This document shows positions 33,973-45,950 of a stretch of DNA of 64,000 nt, one piece after another (the first letter of the stretch is position 1; every line of letters begins with the position of its first letter). The position numbers and the translations under genes were made by a program. The stretch is from Macrostomum lignano (taxonomy: Eukaryota), in contig NIVC01003099.1 in the NCBI GenBank assembly GCA_002269645.1, positions 1-64,000 of the forward strand, written 5' to 3'. The notes under the pieces were generated by a model that was not told the origin of the DNA, did not search any database, and saw nothing but the letters and a program-made list of their open reading frames with translations.

Positions 33973-35337
33973 TTAAGTTGGGTTTTGCCTTGGAGAGCCA
34001 TGAAACTTCCCAGAGCTGCTGCTATCTCTCGCCGCCTGCGGGCTGACGTTGGTGTGATGGAAGGTGGCGCACCCACCGCCAGTCAGGGTCAGGTGCGGGT
34101 TGCTGCCTGGGCTGCTCCGTGTGGCCTTGCGATAGGTGCAGACCCCGGTGCCAGGCGTGCCGCCCCGACGACAGAACTGCCTCAAGATGGAGGTGGTGCA
34201 GGTGTAAATGAAGAAGTTGCAGAGAGAGTCCAGCTCGACCAGAATGTTGACGACAAGCTCAGTCAGTGGCGCCTTGTTCTTCACGAAACCGAATATGTCA
34301 GTGGGACTCTCCAGAATCAGGCAGGTGAGAGACAGAGCTACGATGAGGCGGATGCTGGCTCGTTCGCGTTTCGCCTGTCGCTGACTGCTGAGGCCGGCGG
34401 CTCGCTGATTTTTGTCGGACACTACAGGCGGCTGCCGGCATCGGGACTGCCGAGTCTCCGGCGGCTCGACGGACACCTTGTCGATGTCGTCAATCAGACA
34501 GGCAGCCTGATCCGGCCCGCTGTGCGCCCTGGCAGCTGCATGCTCCACTGCTCTGTCCTCTGTGTGCTCTGTCCAGTTGGCGCTGGTGACCGATTTTTCA
34601 TGGGCTCGATATCGATAGCGGCCACGGATGCGCCTCGGAAGCGGCTGCTGACTGCCTCTCGATGCCGGGGCTGCTGGCGGCGAGCACAGGCGCTTTCTCA
34701 GCTGGCTGGCGTTCCTCAGCACCACCACAGTGATGATGGTGGCCACCAGGATGGACAAGATCGGCACCATGCCCTGGTAGGCGTAGAACACGATCTCGAT
34801 CGCATGCACCTGACCGCCGCTCCAGCCGAACCTCCCAGTCAGCCTGCCGTCCTGGGCCAGCACCATCAGCAAGCTCAGTACTAAGCCGATAATTGCTGCC
34901 CCAGTTTCCATAGCAACTAGGTAGGCCGGTTTGAAAGCTGTACTGCCCGATCTGCTGCTAACCGGGTTGAACACCGCTTCAACTCGAGACCAGGAGATCA
35001 GACCCATTGTCCAGTTCCTCATGGTCAGAGAGAATCTCAGCACGGTGTAGAGAACCAGCATCTCCACTGGAGTCTCCATGTCCGATTGGGCACTGTAGTG
35101 CAGCAGCTGGGTAGCGTAGGTGATAATCACGGACAGGTGAAACAGCAGCTCGAACACGGACATTGTCACCACCAGGCGCCGGAGCACCGGGTGCACAGCT
35201 TTGTCTTTCACCAGAAAGAACAGAGCCGAGAAGGCGGACAGAATGGCATTCAAAGTTGACAGCGGAATGTACACAAACGGCTCGGCTGGGTGACGACCGC
35301 TGCTGGACGCGGAGGCATCAGCGATGGACGAGTTCAT
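33973..35337 (-). CDS. Orphan rhodopsin-like (class A) 7TM receptor, intronless ORF, 454 aa
   Basis: Seven hydrophobic segments. TM3 ends RNWTMGLISWSRVEAVFNP, TM5 has YQGMVPILSIL, long ICL3, TM6 SIRLIVALSLTCLILESP, TM7 LDSLCNFFIY. First ATG at 35337 (MNSS sequon). Confidence 0.88.
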   Translation of the reverse strand: MNSSIADASASSSGRHPAEPFVYIPLSTLNAILSAFSALFFLVKDKAVHPVLRRLVVTMSVFELLFHLSVIITYATQLLHYSAQSDMETPVEMLVLYTVLRFSLTMRNWTMGLISWSRVEAVFNPVSSRSGSTAFKPAYLVAMETGAAIIGLVLSLLMVLAQDGRLTGRFGWSGGQVHAIEIVFYAYQGMVPILSILVATIITVVVLRNASQLRKRLCSPPAAPASRGSQQPLPRRIRGRYRYRAHEKSVTSANWTEHTEDRAVEHAAARAHSGPDQAACLIDDIDKVSVEPPETRQSRCRQPPVVSDKNQRAAGLSSQRQAKRERASIRLIVALSLTCLILESPTDIFGFVKNKAPLTELVVNILVELDSLCNFFIYTCTTSILRQFCRRGGTPGTGVCTYRKATRSSPGSNPHLTLTGGGCATFHHTNVSPQAARDSSSSGKFHGSPRQNPT

Positions 35338-35760
35338 GCTTCCCGTAGGCGTTGACAAGGACGCAAATCTTTGCTGTCAATAATAGTACAAACTACTCAG
35401 CTCTCTTTAATCAAGCCGTTTTTTGAAGCAAACCAACCTAAAACCTAAGGCTTATAAATGCAACTCTTGAGAGAGTACTCTGCTCTGCGTGAGCACAGTT
35501 TTAGATCCTGCTTACCCAGCCAATGGCAGGTCAGTTCTAAGCTCCAACCTCCCGTAGTAAGCAGACTCTGTCAGGGATGTGATTAGTGCTGAACAGGGAT
35601 GGCTGACACACGTTAATGCTTGCCAAGTCACTTCGAAGGGAAAATGCTACTTCTATAAGCCAGCAGTTGACAGCACGACTGTTGAAGACCTTCGGTGGAA
35701 CCGTTCTGCAATCTAATATTTCCTAGCATCGGGGGCGCTTAACTGGAGGGCTCCACTGTC

Positions 35761-36100
35761 TCTTGGTAGGCGCCCCTGTCTCTTGGTTGGCGCCCCGTCT
35801 CTTGGTTGGCGCCCCTGTCTCTTGGTGGGCGCCCCTGTCTCTTAATAGGCGCCCCTGTCTCTTGGTTGGCGCCCCTGTCTCCTTATAGGCGCCCCTGTCT
35901 CTTATTAGGCGCCCCTGTCTCTTATTAGGCGCCCCTGTCTCTTGGTTGGCGCCCCTGTCTCTTGGTTGGCGCCCCCGTCACTTGGTTGGCGCCCCCGTCT
36001 CTTGGTTGGCGCCCCTGTCTCTTGGTTGGCGCCCCTGTCTCTTGGTTGGCGCCCCCGTCACTTGGTTGGCGCCCCCGTCACTTAGTTGGCGCCCCTGTCT
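35761..36100. repeat. 20-bp minisatellite GGCGCCCCTGTCTCTTGGTT
   Basis: Direct reading. Confidence 0.95.
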
Positions 36101-36509
36101 CTCATCCAAAAGAAGCAAAGTTTGTCGTGTTATTCTTATTGTACAGTAGAACGTGGTTACAGTGTTTAATGAGGAGGCAGCGCCCCCCCCCATCAGCGTA
36201 CGTACGCCACTGTATCAGGTAGGATTTAGTTCGCTTTTTAAATCCTTGATCTCGTGTTCACTTCGAAAAAAGTCAAAAACTAAGCCTTTCCCAGAAATAA
36301 ATTACACTCCAACACAGTCCTCTCGGACGCCTTTTTCCTGTCTGAGTTGAATCTCAATTGTGTAGAATTAGAAATAATGAAGCATGCAGAAGCGGATTAT
36401 CTACGCGCTGTTGGCTGTAGAAAGCTGTTTGTACGGAAACCGAGTAAATTGGTAACTATGCATGCGAGTAAATGCATAAAGTACTTATCTGTCGGGATAT
36501 TTTTCGCGC

Positions 36510-36900
36510 TGACACCCTACTCAAATGAAATGGCACCCTACTCAAATGAAATGACACCCTACTCAAATAAAATGGCACCCTACTCAAATGAAATGACACC
36601 CTACTCAAATGAAATGGCACCCTACTCAAATAAAACGGCACCTACTCAAATGAAACGGCACCTACTCAAATGAAACGGCACCTACTCAAATGAAATGGCA
36701 CCCTACTCAAATAAAATGGCACCCTACTCAAATGAAACGGCACCTAATCAAATGAAACGGCACCTACTCAAATGAAATGGCACCCTACTCAAATAAAATG
36801 GCACCCTACTCAAATGAAACGGCACCTACTCAAATGAAACGGCACCTACTCAAATGAAATGGCGGCTCTACTCAATTTAAATGGCACCCTACTCAAATGA
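36510..36900. repeat. 20/21-bp minisatellite GGCACCCTACTCAAATGAAAT
   Basis: Direct reading. Confidence 0.95.
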
Positions 36901-38069
36901 AATAAGTATGCCTCTTAATATGAAAGCTCTTGGCTTGTCCCAGGTGTCGCAGGCAAGTAATGGGCTAACTGAAACTTTCGTGGTTGAATGAATGTATCAA
37001 TAATTGATGCTGTTTGGTCAGTCAGCACAGAGAGGTGTTTAAATTTCTCAGAAACTGCAGGTGAAGTTGGGGTGAGGGCAGTGCAGGTAACTTGAGAGTT
37101 TGTAATCGAAAATATGTCCATTACATGTTGTGTTTTGTCCATAAAACGTTAATGTTATGTCTATAAGAGGTCAATATTTCCTGTCTATAAGATCCAAAAC
37201 TTGTTTAGAAAGCCTGTCTAATCAATACTAATCCTACGAATGTAAGACAAGAAGGTCATGTGTGTTTTCCGACAGATGGCGTAAGTGTGTGCTATTTATT
37301 TACTCATTTTCTTGTAGCAACATTGCACTTAATCCACAAAGAAAAGCATCAAATATGTTTCGCTTCTGTGTCTATCTACAATATTCTAAATAGAACTTGG
37401 TTTTTTTATTGTCTTAAATTTCAGACGAATCCTGTATGTATAATAGAATATTTACTGTATACAATCTGTAAGCCTAGCAACTGAAATAGTAACAGCGAGT
37501 CTGTAAGGCACCCGACAGCAGAAGGTGCATGCACCGAAGCGGATCAACTGCTGACTATAGAATCAGGAAAAAAATTTTAAAATACAGAATCATTCCGACT
37601 GACTGATTGACTGCATGTGCACTTCAATTAGAATGAAAATCTCCATCCTAGTTGGCAGGAGATACTTTGCCCTCTATACATAGCTCTATCTGCGTGTGCA
37701 GCGAATGGGAGACAGCAGGCAAGACTGCGGAGGCGGAGACGCTGTACCTACAATAAAAGTGCTAACGGATCGATGTAGGGATTCAATCTAAATTTATACA
37801 AAGCTAATCACCCTGCCGCCTACAAACAGCCATCTAACGATTAATTTGACAACAGCTGGACAAAGTGGCGGATCAACTTGAAATGGGAATTTATATCTAC
37901 TAGTAATTTGGAACAGTAGTATCCAACCGGAACTAAGCGCTTCGGGACCAGACTGATGGATATTTTTACTTGATTTTTTGTTTGATGCTCCGAGCATCTT
38001 GAACGATTTGTCGTATTTTATCCGTCCGGCAAGGGGCGGCCCTGGATGCTATGCTCGTATAACAGGCGA

Positions 38070-38730
38070 TCCTGTCTAACACAGAGGTGACACTGCTGTC
38101 TAACAGGAGAAACAACTATCTAACACACATGTGACACTGCTGTCTAACAGGTGACACTCCTGTCTAACACACATGTGACACTGCTGTCTAACAGGTGACA
38201 CTCCTGTCTAACACACAGGTGACACTCCTGTCCAACATACAGGTGACACTGCTGTCTAACACGGGTTACACTGCTGTCTAACACACAGGTGACACTGCTG
38301 TCTAAAACACAGGTGACACTGCTGTCTAACACACAGGTGACACTGCTGTCTAACACACAGGGGACACTGCTGTCTAACACACAGGTGACACTGCTGTCTA
38401 ACACACAGGGGACACTGCTGTCTAACACACAGGTGACACTGCTGTCTAACACACAGGGGACACTGCTGTCTAACACACAGGGGACACTGCTGTCTAACAC
38501 ACAGGTGACACTGCTGTCTAACACAGGTGACACTGCTGTCTAACACACAGGTGACACTGCTGTCTAACACACAGGTGACACTGCTGTCTAACACACAGGT
38601 GACACTGCTGTCTAAAACACAGGTGACACTGCTGTCTAACACACAGGTGACACTGCTGTCTAACACACAGGTGACACTGCTGTCTAACACACAGGTAACA
38701 CTGCTGTCTAACACACAGGTGACACTCCTA
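38070..38730. repeat. 24-bp minisatellite GTCTAACACACAGGTGACACTGCT
   Basis: Direct reading. Confidence 0.95.
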
Positions 38731-39489
38731 AAAGGTTGATAAACCCACATTTAAAAAATCAGAAGCACTTTTAAGCTCCTACAGTGCATTTCATTTCCTA
38801 CAGATCATCAATAAAAGTGTTGACTATTCTATAATACAGCAAACACGAAAGTAATAATCTCCGATTGTCGCCCATAATCTCCTTAAGAGATTTTAAGAAT
38901 TGAAAGCATCAAAGTACAGTGAGCCTAAGGATTTCGTTAAGACTTTAAGAATCCCAAGAGAGGATATGCACGGGGAGAAATACGCGGATTGAGAAAACTG
39001 AGCGGTCTCCTATAAATTATTTGAGCAGATGTCGCGACAGAACAGTGAAGGGGAGGAGAGGGGGAGGCCAATCAAGTCTGAACGATTCCACGAAACCAGA
39101 AAGTAGATAAGAGAGGGAGGGAGATAATTAGCTGGGTCCCAGGAAGTGCGGGACGTGAAGATGATGGAGGGCACAGAGAGATTGAGGATAATTGCGATGC
39201 CTGCTCAATTCAAGCGGCTTAAAATGGCACGAAGGAGTTTAAGAGATCGTTTCAAGATGAGGCGCATTAATGGTTATGGAAAACTAAACCAGGCTAAAAA
39301 ATCCTAAACATAATATAAGTGTACCGAGGGACCAAAACTCACTGAAAGTCGCTTAGAATTATAATAAAATGAGTATTAATAGTAAAGTAAGCTACATGTA
39401 AATTTGAGCGGCAAAATGTGTCAGACTTCGTGTCAGAAGTCTATCAGATTGAATATGAGGAGGTTAATGTGTCAGGAAGTGCCAAGCTG

Positions 39490-40925
39490 ACTGTCAAAGT
39501 GACTGTCAGATGGTGCCGAGCTGATTGTCAGATGGTGTCAAACTAACTGTCAGATGGTGTCAAACTGACTGCCAGATGGTGTCAAACTGACTGTCAGATG
39601 GTGTCAAACTGACTGTCAGATGATGTGTCAAACTGACTGTCAGATGGTGTCAAACTGATTGTCAGATGGTGTCAAACTGACTGTCAGATGGTGTCACACT
39701 GACTGTCAGATGATGTAAAACTGACTGTCAGATGGTGTCAAACTGTTAGATGTGTCAAACTGATTGTCAGGTGGTGTCAAACTGTCAGATGGTGTCAAAT
39801 GGACTGTCAGATGGTGTGTCAAACTGACTGTCAGATGGTGTCACACTGACTGTCAGATGGTGTCAAACTGTCAGATGTGTCAAACTGACTGTCAGATGGT
39901 GTCAAACTGTCAGATGTGTCAAACTGACTGTCAGATGGTGTCAAACTGTCAGATGATGTCAAACTGACTGTCAGATGGTGTCAAACGGACTGTCAGATGG
40001 TGTCACACTGACTGTCAGATGATGTCAAACTGACTGTCAGATGGTGTCAAACTGTCAGATGTGTCAAACGGACTGTCAGATGGTGTCACACTGACTGTCA
40101 GATGATGTCAAACTGACTGTCAGATGGTGTCAAACTGTCAGATGTGTCAAACTGACTGTCAGATGGTGTCAAACTGTCAGATGTGTCAAACTGACTGTCA
40201 GATGGTGTCAAACTGTCAGATGATGTCAAACTGACTGTCAGATGGTGTCAAACTGTCAGATGTGTCAAACTGACTGTCAGATGGTGTCAAACTGTCAGAT
40301 GTGTCAAACGGACTGTCAGATAGTGTCAAACTGTCAGATGTGTCAAACTGACTGTCAGATGGTGTCAAACTGTCAGATGTGTCAAACGGACTGTCAGATG
40401 GTGTCAAACTGTCAGATGTGTCAAACTGACTGTCAGATGGTGTCAAACTGTCAGATGTGTCAAACTGACTGTCAGATGTGTCAAACTGATTGTCAGATGT
40501 GTCAAACTGTCAGGTGGTGTCAAACCTCTTGTCAGATGTGTCACACTGACTGTCAGATGATGTCAAACTGACTGTCAGACGGTGTCAAAAAGACTGTCAG
40601 ATGGTGTCAAACTGACAGTCAGACGGTGTCAAACTGTCAGATGTGTCAAACTGTCAGATGTGTCAAACTGTCAGATGTGTCAAACTGATTGTCAGATGTG
40701 TCAAACTGTCAGGTGGTGTCAAACCTCTTGTCAGATGTGTCACACTGACTGTCAGATGATGTCAAACTGACTGTCAGACGGTGTCAAAAAGACTGTCAGA
40801 TGGAGTCAAACTGACAGTCAGACGGTGTCAAACTGACTGTCAGACGGTGTCAAACAGACTGTCAGATGGTGTCAAACAGACTGTCAGATGGTGTTAAACT
40901 GACTGTCAGATAGTGTCAAACTGAC
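39490..40925. repeat. 17-23 bp mixed minisatellite (CTGACTGTCAGATGGTGTCAAA / CTGTCAGATGTGTCAAA)
   Basis: Direct reading. Confidence 0.95.
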
Positions 40926-41564
40926 TCTCAAAAATGTTCTCAATCTGAACAAAACAAAATGATTTTAACATTGATTAAACAAAATGACAAAAACTTGATC
41001 TGCCTTATTAGCAATCGATGAAAACACACAGAGCAAGGCTTGCCTAGCGAAAACAGAGATAGTTTATTTAATCCAACTGAGTGGCAAAGAATTTTATTAT
41101 ATTCATAATCAAAACGGACAGAAGCAGCGAGCAAGAAGGGCAGCAAACTCTACACAGAATTAGCTTTAATTATTCTATATAATATGAATGGATGCATATG
41201 CATAATTTCATTGCAACAGTAGAAACAGAATTACAGAAATCTTCGCGTCCAACCAAATGTTCAAATCTGTGCAAACATTGTAAGGCATATTTAATAAGCA
41301 CATATCCAGTCTGTTTAATTAAAACTAGAGTTGAAATTGATGATGCAGAGGTACAGCTGCCAGTGTACAGAATTGTGCAAAGCATTGTAAAGGAGATCCA
41401 TTGTTAATAAAGGCACAACGCTACATAAAAGTTAAAGGGTAATATAAAATAATTGAAAAACGACACTAAATTTATATATAAATATTGGTACAATTTTGTT
41501 TTAACTGAAAAAAATTGTTTACCATAAATTCATAAATAAAATTGTCACATTGCACTTCACTATC

Positions 41565-43890
41565 AAGCCTGTAACACTCCTGTCTAACCTGTAACAGTCA
41601 TTTGTAACATGTAACACTCCTGTCTAACATGTAACACTCCTGTCTAACATGTAACAGTCATTTGTAACATGTAACAGTCATTTGTAACATGTAACACTCC
41701 TGTCTAACATGTAACAGTCATTTGTAACATGTAACACTCCTGTCTAACATGTAACACTCCTGTCTAACATGTAACACTCCTGTCTAACATGTAACACTCC
41801 TGTCTAACATGTAACACTCCTGTCTAACATGTAACAGTCATTTGTAACATGTAACACTCCTGTCTAACATGTAACAGTCATTTGTAACATGTAACACTCC
41901 TGTTTAACATGTAACAGTCATTTGTAACATGTAACACTCCCGTTTAACATGTAACACTCCTAGTCCTATCTAACCTGTAACACTCCTGTCTAACCTGTAA
42001 CACTCCTGTCTAATATGTAACACTCCTGTCTAATATGTAACACTCCTGTCTAACATGTAACACTCCTGTCTAACATGTAACACTCCTGTCTAATATGTAA
42101 CACTCCTGTCTAACATGTAACACTCCTGTCTAACATGTAACACTCCTGTCTAATATGTAACACTCCTGTCTAATATGTAACACTCCTGTCTAACATGTAA
42201 CACTCCTGTCTAACATGTAACACTCCTGTCTAATATGTAACAGTCATTTGTAACATGTAACACTCCTGTCTAACATGTAACAGTCATTTGTAACATGTAA
42301 CACTCCTGTTTAACATGTAACAGTCATTTGTAACATGTAACACTCCCGTTTAACATGTAACACTCCTAGTCCTATCTAACCTGTAACACTCCTGTCTAAC
42401 CTGTAACACTCCTGTCTAATATGTAACACTCCTGTCTAATATGTAACACTCCTGTCTAACATGTAACACTCCTGTCTAACATGTAACACTCCTGTCTAAT
42501 ATGTAACACTCCTGTCTAACATGTAACACTCCTGTCTAACATGTAACACTCCTGTCTAATATGTAACACTCCTGTCTAACATGTAACACTCCTGTCTAAT
42601 ATGTAACACTCCTGTCTAACATGTAACACTCCTGTCTAACATGTAACACTCCTGTCTAACATGTAACACTCCTGTCTAACATGTAACACTCCTGTCTAAC
42701 ATGTAACAGTCATTTGTAACATGTAACACTCCTGTTTAACATGTAACAGTCATTTGTAACATGTAACACTCCCGTTTAACATGTAACACTCCTAGTCCTA
42801 TCTAACCTGTAACACTCCTGTCTAACCTGTAACACTCCTGTCTAATATGTAACACTCCTGTCTAATATGTAACACTCCTGTCTAACCTGTAACACTCCTG
42901 TCTAACATGTAACACTCCTGTCTAATATGTAACACTCCTGTCTAACATGTAACACTCCTGTCTAACATGTAACACTCCTGTCTAATATGTAACACTCCTG
43001 TCTAACATGTAACACTCCTGTCTAACATGTAACACTCCTGTCTAACATGTAACACTCCTGTCTAACATGTAACACTCCTGTCTAACATGTAACACTCCTG
43101 TCTAACATGTAACACTCCTGTCTAACATGTAACAGTCATTTGTAACATGTAACACTCCTGTTTAACATGTAACAGTCATTTGTAACATGTAACACTCCCG
43201 TTTAACATGTAACACTCCTAGTCCTATCTAACCTGTAACACTCCTGTCTAACCTGTAACACTCCTGTCTAATATGTAACACTCCTGTCTAATATGTAACA
43301 CTCCTGTCTAACATGTAACACTCCTGTCTAACATGTAACACTCCTGTCTAATATGTAACACTCCTGTCTAACATGTAACACTCCTGTCTAACATGTAACA
43401 CTCCTGTCTAACATGTAACACTCCTGTATAACATGTAACACTCCTGTCTAACATGTAACACTCCTGTCTAATATGTAACACTCCTGTCTAACATGTAACA
43501 CTCCTGTCTAACATGTAACACTCCTGTCTAACATGTAACACTCCTGTCTAACATGTAACACTCCTGTGTAACATTTAACACTCCTGTCTACCATGTAACA
43601 CTCCTGTCTAACATGTAACACTCCTGTCTAACATGTAACACTCCTATCTAACCTGTAACACTCCTGTCTAACCTGTAACACTCCTGTCTAATATGTAACA
43701 CTCCTGTCTAATATGTAACACTCCTGTCTAACATGTAACACTCCTGTCTAACATGTAACACTCCTGTCTAATATGTAACACTCCTGCCTAACATGTAACA
43801 CTCCTGTCTAACATGTAACACTCCTGTCTAACATGTAACACTCCTGTCTAACATGTAACACTCCTGTCTAACATGTAACACTCTTGTATA
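41565..43890. repeat. 2.3-kb 20-bp satellite CATGTAACACTCCTGTCTAA with ~406-426 bp higher-order blocks
   Basis: Variant CGTTTAAC...CTAGTCCTATC recurs at 41941, 42347, 42773, 43199. Confidence 0.95.
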
Positions 43891-44594
43891 ACAATGATTT
43901 AGAAAATGCAGAAACAAGAAAAGTTGCACTTATAACATATCTTATAACAACAGAGGTTGACAGAAGAGACGAGCATACTATATAAGTACATGTACTCCAG
44001 AAGTCATCGAAACTGCTAAGATTAGTGTAACACATAAATTTACGTCAAAAAACGGTAAATCTTATTAAAATTAGAAACAGACCCCCACGTCAGCCAATTT
44101 AGAATCGCTTTCATTAAGTACTTGACTGAGAACAATGGCGCTTGGAAAAGTGGCAAACCCAAAATTACCTCGTCAAAAAAATTAAACTGAAAATTCCGAT
44201 TTTTGCATTGGTGCCATTAAGGAATAAAAAACTAGATTGGGTTCTTCATCTTTCATGGGAGCTTAACAATTCTAAAATGCTTACCCGGCGAGGCGGCTTT
44301 AGTATTTGTACTTTTCTCTGCTTAAGTCTTAAACATCTTCTGCATGGAAGCCACACAAGAGTTGAGTTTGAGTTCATTCCGGCAATACTATTGTCTTTTC
44401 CAAGTTCACGACGCGCGGCCATTGTTTTACAGCGTCACATTACTTTCTTGGGGTTTATAGAGGACCAGTCTGACAGCATTGCAGCACTCCTCTTCTCCTC
44501 AAGTAAATAGCAGTTTTTTGTTCCCGTTTTACTGGAATCATGCGCGTTTATACTACTTATGGAGTGACTTCTTGTTGTTATGAGGGGCGATAGA

Positions 44595-45380
44595 GTCAGC
44601 TGCTACCAGGGGTCTTTGTCGCGGTTGGGGAGGATCGGACAGATTCTCAGATAGAGTCAGCTTGTACCAGAGGTCTTTGTCGCGGTTGGGGAGGCTCTGA
44701 GAGATTCTCAGATAGAGTCAACTGCTACCAGAGGTCTTTGTCGCGGTTGGGGAGGATCGGACAGATTCTCAGATAGAGTCAGCTGCTACCAGAGGTCTTT
44801 GTCGCGGTTGGGGAGGATCGGACAGATTCTCAGATAGAGTCAGCTTGTACCAGAGGTCTTTTTCGCGGTTGGGGAGGATCTGAGAGATTCTCAGATAGAG
44901 TCAACTGCTACCAGAGGTCTTTGTCGCTGTTGTGGAGGATCTGAGAGATTCTCAGATAGAGTCAACTGCTACCAGAGGTCTTTTTCGCGGTTGGGGAGGA
45001 TCTGAGAGATTCTCAGATAGAGTCAGCTTGTACCAGAGGTCTTTGTCGCGGTTGGGGAGGATCTGAGAGATTCTCAGATAGAGTCAGCTGCTACCAGAGG
45101 TCTTTGTCGCGCTTGGGGAGGATCTGAGAGATTGTCAGATAGAGTCAGCTGCTACCAGAGGTCTTTGTCGCGGTTGGGGAGGATCTGAGAGATTGTCAGA
45201 TAGAGTCAGCTTGTACCAGAGGTCTTTGTCCCGGTTTGGGAGGATTGGACAGATTCTCAGATAGAGTCAGCTTGTACCAGAGGTCTTTGTCGCGCTTGGG
45301 GAGGATTTTACAGATTCTCAGATAGAGTCAGCTGGTATCAGAGGTCTTTGTCGCGCTTGGGGATCTGACAGATTCTCAGC
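44595..45380. repeat. 61-bp minisatellite (GAGATTCTCAGATAGAGTCAGCTGCTACCAGAGGTCTTTGTCGCGGTTGGGGAGGATCTGA) directly 3' of pirin
   Basis: Direct reading. Confidence 0.95.
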
Positions 45381-45390
45381 ACAAAAGTGA

Positions 45391-45873
45391 TCAATTGCCA
45401 TCAGAAGCAGAATCAGCGTTGGCTTTCTGCAAAGCCAGAGCCGCATTAATCTGCCGCTGCCGCTCCGCCGCACCGGGAGGTGGGCATTCGCCCATCAGGC
45501 CCTGGCGGTAGTCTTGCACCGCCTCGCGGATCTCCTGCTCTGTGCACATGGCGAACGGGCCGTACTTGACAACGGGTTCTCGCAAAGGCACACCGGCGCC
45601 AATCAACAGGTGGCAGGGCTCGCTGTCTGTGGACACTAAAAGAGATTCGCCTTGGCCGAGAGAGGCTCGCCAGTGCGGGGGCAGTGGCCGGCCGCCCACA
45701 ATGGCGCTTGAGCCGCTGAAGCAATAGGCGAATGCGCAGCCGTACTGGTCTGGGATCTGCGGGGAGCGAGGGGGACAGGTTTAGCGCGGTTTAGTGCAGT
45801 CATGCAGTGTATTATTGCCTTAGCATCTTTTTAGAATAATCTCATAGGTTGTCTGTCCCAGTGTGTCTGTCCG

Positions 45874-45950
<77 letters not shown>

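Noticed and set aside
33865-34884. 339-aa plus-strand ORF
   Set aside because: Antisense shadow of the GC-rich GPCR ORF; no recognisable motifs
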